The notes under the pieces are model-generated. The model was not told the origin of the DNA and searched no databases. It worked only from the letters and a program-made list of their open reading frames with translations. A stretch of DNA of 64,000 bases, taken from contig JBAXPM010000005.1 in assembly GCA_037132235.1 (NCBI GenBank), positions 13,320 to 77,319 on the forward strand. The letters run 5' to 3'. Both the position numbers and the translations under genes were made by a program. Position 1 is the stretch's first letter; each line of letters opens with the position of its first letter. This stretch comes from Paludibacter sp. GTDB lineage: Bacteria > Bacteroidota > Bacteroidia > Bacteroidales > Paludibacteraceae. Of this stretch, positions 18,730 through 27,500 are shown piece by piece.

Positions 18730-21700
18730 ATGAAAAAGAAATTATTTTTATTCTTGTGCTTTTTATCAATTGTTTTGACTGTTAATGCACAGACAGTATG
18801 GAATTTTACTTCCGATTTGGAAGGATGGCATGACCTGGGTGCAGGTCGTGATGTAGCCGCAAGCTGGCAATCGGGTGCACTAAAAATGACTTATTTAGAT
18901 GGTGGCAATGCTGGTACTCAGTTATGGTTTGCAGCTGTTCAGGTTGATAATCTGAGTTTCGCTGCAGCAAATTATCGTTATCTGGAATTAAATTATCAGG
19001 CAAATAACTGGCCAACTTCGTCGCCGGTTAAGATGTTAGTAACACTAACAAAGACAGATAATTCACTTGTATATTCATATATTGATATTGATCCTACGAA
19101 AAACTTCCTTTCAATTGATATACAGGCGAATAATCCGGGTTGGGGACAGACTTATAGTGGCACAATAAAATCAATTCAACTCGAACTGCCTCATAATGGA
19201 GCTGCGGCTTCAAATCCTGCTACAAACTGGTATAGTGCTAGCACATTAATTGATAAGATTAAGGTGACAAATACTCAGACACCACAGGACATAGCATGGG
19301 ATTTCGCAACAACAATTGAAGGTTGGAATCCTTATGGAGACGATGTTACAACATCTCATAGTGGTTCAAATCTGGTAGTAACTTATACAGGAGGTGGTGA
19401 TGGTGTATATGCTTACCCAACAATTTACAAAGACGTATCAATTGATGCTGCCAATATTGATCAGTTTTATATGAAATTTACAGCCCATAATTGGGTTAAA
19501 ACCTCTGTTTTAGTCAATATTGTATTTGAAATTGGCGGTACACCTTATTATGCAAACCAAACTATGACAGTCGCAAATGGAGAATTTACATTCGATATCA
19601 GAGATGGCATACTAGCTAATTGGGGTAAGTTGCCACTTACAGGCAATATTTCACGCATACGAATTGAAATTCCTCATAGTAGCCAATCAGGAACTCCTTC
19701 GGATTGGAATGGTGCAACCCTCGATATAGACCGAATTGTATTTTCAAAAAAACAGATTCCTGATCCACCTACCAACATTGTTGCAACAGCCGGAAATGCA
19801 CAGGCATCGGTAGCTTTCACAGCACCAGCAAGCAATGGTGGCTCAACAATTCTTGATTATACCGTTACTTCAAGCCCGGGAGGTTTAACACAAACCGGCG
19901 CTTCAAGTCCGATAGTGGTTACCGGACTTAGCAATGGTACAGCTTATACATTTACCGTTACTGCACGTAATAGCGTAGGTAGCAGTGCGGCAAGTTCGGC
20001 TTCAAGTGCAATAACTCCAAAAACAGTACCGGGTGCACCAACCATTGGAACAGCTACCGCAGGTAATGCACAGGCATCGGTAGCTTTCACTGCCCCAGCA
20101 AGCAATGGTGGTTCATCAATTATTGATTATACAGTAACTTCAAACCCGGGTAGCATAACAGCAACCGGAGCATCAAGTCCGTTAGTTGTAACAGGCCTTA
20201 CCAACGGAACGGCTTATACCTTTACCGTTACAGCACGTAACAGTGCAGGCAGTGGTTCAGCAAGTGATGCTTCTAATTCAATAACACCCGTGTCACCATC
20301 AGTAACCGTATCGAGTGATGCAAATCTTTCAAGCTATTCACCATCTTCAGCAACTGATGTAACTGTTTCAGCCGGAACTCTTACAGTAGATGTTGATGCA
20401 ACGGTAAAGACGATGACTGTTGCTCCGGGTGCAAAACTGACATTAGCTTCAGGAAAATCATTGTCTGTAGTAGGTGCACTGACTCTTCATAGCGATGCTA
20501 GCGCTACAGCTACTTTTGTAGACAATGGAGGAACGCTTACAGCAGGAACTACAAACGTTCAACAATACCTGACTTCAGGTCGTAACTGGTATGTTTCAAG
20601 TCCTGTATCAGGAGCAAAAAGTGATGTATTCTCAGCAAGTTCAGGCAGTCCGGTTTATTCGTACGATGAAGTACATGGCAGCACAACACCATGGCCAACT
20701 ATTACCAATACAACAACTGACCTTACAGTAATGAAAGGATATGTTACTACTGTCCCTTCGAACGGAGTAATTACTTTCAGCGGTACGTTGAATACCGGAG
20801 CGCAAGAGATTGGTCTTACCCAAACATCAGGTCAAGTTAAAAATGGATTTAATTTGGTAGGTAATCCATATCCAAGTTATTTAGACTGGAGTAGTATAAC
20901 AAAAACCAATATGTTGACCACCATGTGGTATCGTACCAAAACATCGGGCGATGTATATACATTTGATACCTATAATGCAAGTGGTAACATAGCAACCTCA
21001 AACGGAGCAAAAGCAGTAACCAACCTGATTCCTCCAATGCAGGCATTCTGGGTACATGTTCAAACGGGTTTTGCTTCAAGCACACTTTCTGTAACCAACA
21101 ATCAACGGGCTCATGCCGATAACAGTTCAAATACTTTCAAAGCTAAAGCAAGTATTGAAGCTCAATCTGTATTACGGTTAGAAGTATCGAACGGAACAAA
21201 CAGCGATCAGGCATTGGTTAACTTTAATTCAAATGCATCGAATGGTCTTGATAGCTATGACTCACCAAAATTGTCGAATGAGTCAGCGTCTATTCCTGAG
21301 ATTTATACCCTGGCAGGAACTGAACAGGTTGTAATCAATGGTGTAAACGACCTGAATCAACTGACATTAGGTTTCACAACCGGCGAAGCAAATAACTTCA
21401 CTATCAAAACTTCTCAGTTTGCAAACTTTGCAAGTGGAACTCAGATTATTCTTCGTGATAATTTGTTGAATTACGAACAGGATTTGACCTTGGGTGATTA
21501 CAACTTCTATTCCGATGTAACAGCTAACAATGAAACCCGCTTTACAGTATTGTTCAAAGCTCCATCGGTAGCAACCGGTATCAACCCGAACTCAAACGGC
21601 AATGTTTGGATTTCAATTGCCAACAATCAGATTGTGGTTAACGGAGCAAGCGCTGGAACTTCAGTAGCAGTTTACAATGCAGTTGGTCAGAAAATTATGT

Positions 21701-21801
21701 CTGATATGACTCAATTGAAAAAATCATTGGCTACCGGAGTTTACATGGTAACGGTAACCAATGCAGGTAAGAGTGTAACACAAAAAGTAATTATTAAATA
21801 G
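18730..21801 (+). CDS. Non-catalytic T9SS protein ending PUL1: CBM-like type A, type B, 2x FN3, conserved unnamed C-terminal domain, CTD
   Basis: N-terminal domains match 7588 and 6723. Two FN3 repeats (PTNIVATAGNAQASVAFTAP...YTFTVTARN). GFNLVGNPYPSYLDW domain is shared with 39229..43146. Confidence 0.85.
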   Translation: MKKKLFLFLCFLSIVLTVNAQTVWNFTSDLEGWHDLGAGRDVAASWQSGALKMTYLDGGNAGTQLWFAAVQVDNLSFAAANYRYLELNYQANNWPTSSPVKMLVTLTKTDNSLVYSYIDIDPTKNFLSIDIQANNPGWGQTYSGTIKSIQLELPHNGAAASNPATNWYSASTLIDKIKVTNTQTPQDIAWDFATTIEGWNPYGDDVTTSHSGSNLVVTYTGGGDGVYAYPTIYKDVSIDAANIDQFYMKFTAHNWVKTSVLVNIVFEIGGTPYYANQTMTVANGEFTFDIRDGILANWGKLPLTGNISRIRIEIPHSSQSGTPSDWNGATLDIDRIVFSKKQIPDPPTNIVATAGNAQASVAFTAPASNGGSTILDYTVTSSPGGLTQTGASSPIVVTGLSNGTAYTFTVTARNSVGSSAASSASSAITPKTVPGAPTIGTATAGNAQASVAFTAPASNGGSSIIDYTVTSNPGSITATGASSPLVVTGLTNGTAYTFTVTARNSAGSGSASDASNSITPVSPSVTVSSDANLSSYSPSSATDVTVSAGTLTVDVDATVKTMTVAPGAKLTLASGKSLSVVGALTLHSDASATATFVDNGGTLTAGTTNVQQYLTSGRNWYVSSPVSGAKSDVFSASSGSPVYSYDEVHGSTTPWPTITNTTTDLTVMKGYVTTVPSNGVITFSGTLNTGAQEIGLTQTSGQVKNGFNLVGNPYPSYLDWSSITKTNMLTTMWYRTKTSGDVYTFDTYNASGNIATSNGAKAVTNLIPPMQAFWVHVQTGFASSTLSVTNNQRAHADNSSNTFKAKASIEAQSVLRLEVSNGTNSDQALVNFNSNASNGLDSYDSPKLSNESASIPEIYTLAGTEQVVINGVNDLNQLTLGFTTGEANNFTIKTSQFANFASGTQIILRDNLLNYEQDLTLGDYNFYSDVTANNETRFTVLFKAPSVATGINPNSNGNVWISIANNQIVVNGASAGTSVAVYNAVGQKIMSDMTQLKKSLATGVYMVTVTNAGKSVTQKVIIK

Positions 21802-21873
21802 ATTATTAAAAAATAATTGTTGATTGATTTAAGTAGTTTTTTCATAAAACCTTAACTATGATTTGTTTACAAC

Positions 21874-21919
21874 CTTTATTTATCATCTGCTCCACGTTGG
21901 AGTTGGTGATAAAATAAAG
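21874..21919 (+). other. Conserved stem-loop upstream of the 55-aa ORF (copy 1)
   Basis: CATCTGCTCCA-cgt-TGGAGTTGGTG core, extended by TTAT/ATAA pairing. Same position as the hairpin at 43216..43263. Confidence 0.6.
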
Positions 21920-21963
21920 AAAAAATTAAGACTAAAATCAAACCAACTTAAAAATAAAATATT

Positions 21964-22131
21964 ATGAACACAAAAAGCAACCAATACATCGCACCACAAG
22001 TGGAACGCATAGAATTAGACAACGAAATTGCTTTACAACTCGAATCAACTCCACCTAAAGCACCGGGAGAAGCTCATTTAAATGCACCAGAGTATTTTAA
22101 TAATGATCCGTTTAAAAACAATAAAATTTAA
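21964..22131 (+). CDS. 55-aa small protein, not in the ORF track: MNTKSNQYIAPQVERIELDNEIALQLESTPPKAPGEAHLNAPEYFNNDPFKNNKI
   Basis: A-rich RBS-type leader. 50/55 aa identical to 43307..43474, with 14 synonymous versus 5 non-synonymous codon differences. Followed by a terminator. Confidence 0.85.
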   Translation: MNTKSNQYIAPQVERIELDNEIALQLESTPPKAPGEAHLNAPEYFNNDPFKNNKI

Positions 22132-22173
22132 TCGTGTTATTAAGTTCTCTCTGATAAATTAGTTTAATAAGGT

Positions 22174-22213
22174 AGAAAGAATGTTTGTTAAATCAAACAT
22201 TCTTTCTTTTTTT
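22174..22213 (+). terminator. Intrinsic terminator ending PUL1
   Basis: AGAAAGAATGTTTG-ttaaat-CAAACATTCTTTCT followed by a T-run. Confidence 0.85.
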
Positions 22214-22436
22214 AGTGTAGATAAATTGAAAATTGTCGAAAACTTCTTAGGCTTAAAGTAAAATAATTTCAGACAGGATATATTAATCATTTGTTGTTAA
22301 TGTACAACTAACTTTACAGAAGTTCATTACAGGTTTATTACAAAAAATCACGGACCGTAGGATACTGGTGTAACGGAACTTGCCTGACAAACCAGAAAGT
22401 ACAGATTGCTAAAATAGCTTCTCATATGACTGATAA

Positions 22437-22544
22437 GATACCCTGGTGCTGGCCATTGCCATCGAATTCGGAACACAGGATGCCTTTGGAAATCAGATAC
22501 CACAAAAAGGCGCAGGAGCGGCGATGGTGCTGGGCTTGGGGTAG
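22437..22544 (+). pseudogene. Possible orphan 3' gene fragment (DTLVLAIAIEFGTQDAFGNQIPQKGAGAAMVLGLG*)
   Basis: GC-richer, protein-like frame ending in TAG, with in-frame TGA TAA immediately upstream and no start codon. Confidence 0.3.
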
Positions 22545-22681
22545 ACTTTTAATAGGTAGTTTGCAATTGGCAGTATGCAGTGTATTGACATTTACCAAAA
22601 TTGCCGGCAAATAACATCCCTAATTTATCAAAGACGCTTGGACTTAGAAACCAAGATACTGCAATATAATACAAAAAATAC

Positions 22682-22689
22682 TACATTTG
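22682..22689 (+). promoter_or_regulatory. Bacteroidota primary-sigma -7 element (TACATTTG)
   Basis: Matches TAnnTTTG, 54 nt upstream of the ECF sigma ATG. Confidence 0.65.
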
Positions 22690-22742
22690 CATATTGATTC
22701 AATCAAATCTAATCAAATTGGCCAATCTAAAACAGCTCACAA

Positions 22743-23327
22743 ATGGCTCTCTCTGAAAAAGAAGAATTGGAATTACTTAGGATTGCTTCCAAGCAGTCTT
22801 TTGAGGCTCTTTATCATCGGTATAGTGGCAAGCTGTATAATTTCGTAATGAAGATATCCAAGGGAGATACTTACATTGCTGAAGAATTGGTTCAACGTAC
22901 TTTTATTAAGGTTTGGGAAACCAGAGAGTATATCGATTCAGATAAATCATTTATTTCCTACTTGTGTACCATTGCCAAAAATATGCTTCTAAACGAGTAT
23001 GAGCATCAAACTGTTCAATTTATTTATAGTGAATATGTGAAAGTAAATACAGCTGATGTTGATAGCTCAACTGAAAAGGAAGTTGATAAAAATTTATTAG
23101 AAGAATATATTGATAAGCTAGCGGACAACTTACCTCCCAAACGAAGAGAAATTTTTATTTTAAGCCGAAAGGAAGGCCTTTCCAATAAGAAAATTGCTGA
23201 AAGACTTCATATAACTGAAAGTACTATTGAAACACAACTTTCGAAGGCATTGGCATTTATGAAAAGTCAAATGCAAAAACATTATGAGTTGATATTGATA
23301 ATTTTAATTTCACTATCCTTAAAGTAA
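22743..23327 (+). CDS. ECF-type sigma-70 factor
   Basis: FEALYHRYSGKLYNF...AEELVQRTFIKVW; LPPKRREIFILSRKEGLSNKKIAERLHITESTIETQLSKAL. Confidence 0.93.
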   Translation: MALSEKEELELLRIASKQSFEALYHRYSGKLYNFVMKISKGDTYIAEELVQRTFIKVWETREYIDSDKSFISYLCTIAKNMLLNEYEHQTVQFIYSEYVKVNTADVDSSTEKEVDKNLLEEYIDKLADNLPPKRREIFILSRKEGLSNKKIAERLHITESTIETQLSKALAFMKSQMQKHYELILIILISLSLK

Positions 23328-23343
23328 TGTTAATAGTTTTTGT

Positions 23344-23374
23344 TGAGTAGTGAAAAAGAAACGAATAGCTGTAT
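23344..23374 (+). promoter_or_regulatory. Putative ECF-sigma promoter upstream of fecR (TGAGTAG...CTGTAT)
   Basis: Bipartite motif in the sigma-fecR gap, at the position equivalent to 467..496. Recalled, not verified. Confidence 0.35.
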
Positions 23375-23398
23375 ACATTAATATAGAACAAAGATTAT

Positions 23399-24421
23399 AT
23401 GCAAAAGGAAGAATGTATTGACATATTTGAACGTTATATTCAGAATCGGGCAAGTGATGATGAAATAAAACGCTTAAGTAGTTGGATTAGAAATAATCAA
23501 GAAATTTCACTGTGGCTTGAACAGCAAATTTTGGCTTCGTCATCTACTATTGATAATGAAGTAAAAATGCGTATGTTGAGAAATATTGAAAGTGAAATAA
23601 ACTTAGAACCCGAAGAAGATAGCACTCTTTCTGCTCAAACGAATATTCGATTACAGTTTAATAAGTGGTTGCGTGTGGCAGCCATGTTTATCCTTCCTAT
23701 GCTTACGGCTGCGGGAATGTATTTTTATATGTCTAGGCAATCATCATCAACTGCTCCTTTAGTAATAGCCGTTGAACGAGGACAGAAGGCAAATATAACG
23801 CTACCCGATGGAAGTAAAGTGTGGTTGAATTCTCAATCTAAACTAACCTATTCCGATAATTTTAATGTAGAGAAAAGAGAGTTACAGCTAAATGGAGAAG
23901 CTTATTTTGAGGTTGCTCATAATCCGAATAAACCTTTTATAGTTCATAGTAATGATATTTCCGTTGAAGCATTAGGTACTGCATTTGGCATTAAGGCATA
24001 TAATGAGGATAACCTGATTTCCTCTATACTTATGCGTGGTAAAGTCAGAGTTATTACACCCGATGGTGAAGCTATCTTACTGCCAAATGATAGAATAATG
24101 TATGATAAGACTTCACATCAAAAAACAACGGGTACTGTAACGAATGCAACTGACTTTACCGGTTGGATTCATAACGAACTGCGTTTTGAAAATGAATCAC
24201 TTGGTGAGATTGCAAAAAGTATTCAACGTATTTATAATGTTGAAATAATCTTTGCTTCGGAGAAACTCAAGAATCAACGTTACACGGGAACTGTAAATAA
24301 TAACAGTTTAGAAAGTGTACTTAATATTATAACATTAACTTCTCCCATCTCTTTTGAAATAGACAAGCAACAAGTCAAACTGTATGAGAACAAAAAAATA
24401 ATGAATCAGTATAACCCTTAA
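23399..24421 (+). CDS. fecR: FecR-family anti-sigma factor
   Basis: RGQKANITLPDGSKVWLNSQSKLTY, LNGEAYFEV, ALGTAFGI, LRFENESLGEI. Confidence 0.93.
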   Translation: MQKEECIDIFERYIQNRASDDEIKRLSSWIRNNQEISLWLEQQILASSSTIDNEVKMRMLRNIESEINLEPEEDSTLSAQTNIRLQFNKWLRVAAMFILPMLTAAGMYFYMSRQSSSTAPLVIAVERGQKANITLPDGSKVWLNSQSKLTYSDNFNVEKRELQLNGEAYFEVAHNPNKPFIVHSNDISVEALGTAFGIKAYNEDNLISSILMRGKVRVITPDGEAILLPNDRIMYDKTSHQKTTGTVTNATDFTGWIHNELRFENESLGEIAKSIQRIYNVEIIFASEKLKNQRYTGTVNNNSLESVLNIITLTSPISFEIDKQQVKLYENKKIMNQYNP

Positions 24422-24447
24422 AATCTGAAGGCTATTGGTCGAAATAC

Positions 24448-24483
24448 AAACAGCAAGTTGATATTTGATTCGGCTTGCTGTTT
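24448..24483 (+). terminator. Stem-loop between fecR and susC (terminator or attenuator candidate)
   Basis: AAACAGCAAGTTGA-tatttgat-TCGGCTTGCTGTTT followed by CTTGTTT. Confidence 0.55.
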
Positions 24484-24590
24484 CTTGTTTAAAATTGCTT
24501 GTTAAATATAGATTCTGAATAGTGGAAATTTATTTCAGAACTGTAAACTATATAACGACCTGAAAATTTTAATAATTCAACTATATAATA

Positions 24591-27500
24591 ATGAAAAGAA
24601 AAATCATCACAAATCCACTCAAAAAGACTTTGCTTAAAGGATGTCTCCTCTTATTCCTTGCACTATTTTCAACAAGTCTGACTGCACAAATTACCGTCGA
24701 TGTATCCAACAAATCGTTAAAAGAGATTCTAAAGGTAATAGAAACTAAAAGCGAATATCGCTTTTTCTATAATGAAGGTTTAAAGGGACTTGATAATGTC
24801 GTTTCTTTAAAGGTGACAAATGCAACTATTGAGAAAACAATGTCTATACTTTTAGAGAATACTGAAATTAACTTCAGACTTGACAAAAATAATTTGGTAT
24901 TACTTGTTGCTAAAATCAAAATAAATCAGAGTGAGTCAAAAAAAATTAACGGCTTGGTAACCGATGAAAAAGGCGACCCAATTATCGGAGCATCAGTAAT
25001 GCTAAAGGGTGAAAAGACTGGTACTATTACTAATATAAATGGCAACTTTTCGATAGAAGCAAGTTCCCAATCAACTTTAGTGTTTTCCTATATTGGATAT
25101 CAAGCCAGAGAAATTAAAATTGACTCTCAAACTTCATTAAATGTCAAGCTTATTGAAAATAATAGGGCACTAGATGAAGTGATAGTAGTTGGTTATGGCA
25201 CTATGAAGAAAAGTGATATTAATGCTGCAATAGTGTCAATTAAACCGGAAGAATTACAGATGAATTCGGCCTCCTCACTTACCCAAACTCTTTCTGGAAA
25301 GGCAGCCGGATTAACGGTTTTAGGCGGCAGTGCTCAACCTGGTGGTGGGCAGCAAGTGTTGATACGTGGAGCAGCATCTGTTGGGGCTGGAAATGATCCA
25401 TTGTATGTACTTGATGGATTTCCGGTATCAAATGCAAATATTGATCCCGGAAGTGGTACAAGATATTCACAAGGTGATAGAAATTTTCTAAACACACTTA
25501 ATCCCAATGATATAGCATCAATTGAAATATTAAAAGACGCTTCTGCTACAGCAATCTATGGTGCCAGAGGTTGTAATGGTGTTATATTGATTACAACAAA
25601 GCGTGGAAGTAATGGATTTAAAGTTGACTATTCAGGAAATTATTCAGTTCAAACTATTGCCAAACGCCCGGTTATGCTGACTGCTTCAGAACAGATGACA
25701 GAGACAAATAACTATATGTACGAAGAATATTTGATGAGATATAAAGCATATCCCTACGGTACAAGGGATGTAAGTACTTTACCCACATTTAAACAAAAAT
25801 ATACTCAAGATCAGATAGCAGCAGCAGGAACAGGAACTGATTGGTATGGGTTAATTACACAATTAGGGATAATTAATCAACAGAATATCTCAATTAGTAA
25901 GGGTTCTGAAGATACTAAAGTATTATTCTCTATGAATTATTTCGATCAGCAGGGTGTAATAAAATCATCAGGTTTGAAACGTTATTCCGGCAGGTTAAAT
26001 GTTGATCAAAAACTAACATCATGGCTTGATTTTAGCATTTCTTTATCTGGTTCAGTTGTAGATAATACCAATGCTGCATTAGGTGGTGGTGAAAATGAAA
26101 ATTCAGGAATCATTCAGTCTGCGCTTCAATACTCACCTAATACACAGGCCATCAGAGATGATAATGGCGAGTATTTATTAAATCCAAGTCAGGCATTGAT
26201 TCCTAATCCACTCTCATTTTTAGATATAACGGATAATACCAATGAAAAAAGATGGCTTACAAATGCATTTTTCAATATTCATTTAAATAAATATGCCAGT
26301 TTGAAACTTAGCGCAGGTATGGATGATGATAAAGCATTACGTAGTTTGTACTTACCAAAAACTTTTATGTATGGAAAAGGTCAAAATGGTGTTGCATCAA
26401 TTGTTGATAACTCCAAAACGGATTATTTGACTGAAGCTACATTTTCATACATAAGAGACTTCACGAAAGATCATCATTTTAGTGCTGTATTAGGATATTC
26501 ATTCCAGCAATTAAATATACTGGGAAACAGTGCCAATACTTACGATTTTTTTACAGATGCCTTTTTATATAATAAATTATCCGTTGGAGCAGGGACTCCA
26601 AATGTTGATTCATGGCGTTCCCAATCTGTAATGGCATCCTATTTTGGTAGGGTACAATATTCATTGCTCGACAGGTATTTGTTTACAGTAACCGGTCGTG
26701 CAGATGGGAGCGATAAATTTGGAAAAAATCATAAATACGGATTTTTCCCTTCCGGGGCTTTTGCCTGGAGAGTAACACAAGAACCCTTTATGCAAGAACA
26801 AAAAATAGTATCAGATTTGAAACTCAGATTAAGTTTGGGGCAAACTGGAAATAGTAATATTGGAAACAATGCATACGAATATTATGCGGCAGATGGCCAT
26901 AATTATTATATGAGTGGCATTCCAACTATAGGTGTAGGTCTTATTCAGTTAGCTAACCCAGATTTAAAATGGGAAACTACATCCGAAGCAAATTTTGGTA
27001 TTGATTTTGGTTTTTTAAAAAACAGAATTAGTGGAAGCTTTGAACTCTTCTACAAACAAATTGACGACTTATTATCATCTATGCCTTTAATGTCCAATTC
27101 TATCTTAAGCAGTGTTCCTGCAAATATAGGAAAAACTGAAAGTAAAGGATTAGAATTGACTATTAATACTTTTAATTTGACAGGAGTTTTGAAATGGAAT
27201 ACAAATTTTACATTGACAAGCTATAGGGATAAATGGCTTGAACGCAACCCCAATTATATACTTCAACCTTTTGAAAAAGCAGGTGACCCAATTAATGCGG
27301 TTTATGGATTTATCCCGGAAGGTTTAATGCAACCGGGTGAAGTTGTCTCAACTATGCCTCAGTTGATACCTGGTCAAATGAAAATCAAGGATGTAAGTGA
27401 GGATGGGAAGATAGATAACAAGGATATGGTTTTACTTGGAGTTAACGCTCCAAAGTTCACCATGGGCATAAACAATAGTTTCATGTATAAGAACTTTGAT

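Larger units (their letters stand above)
20040..22268 (+). repeat. Copy 1 of the ~2.2 kb PUL-terminal cassette (copy 2 at ~41375..43611)
   Basis: Co-linear nucleotide similarity from the last FN3 to an identical 51-bp tail. The left boundary is approximate. Confidence 0.92.

Noticed and set aside
20849-21130. Minus-strand ORF repeated almost exactly at 42194..42475
   Set aside because: Its conservation is explained by the 252-bp identical block of the + strand genes; there is no independent coding signal.
21964-22131. Complete RiPP cluster around the 55-aa peptide
   Set aside because: No radical SAM, YcaO, lasso cyclase, RRE, peptidase or exporter gene is in the window. Only the leader-like resemblance is kept, as a hypothesis.
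22422-22614. Overlapping 62-aa ORFs on both strands
   Set aside because: Neither has a convincing RBS or composition. A third frame (22437..22544) looks more protein-like and is reported as a possible remnant.
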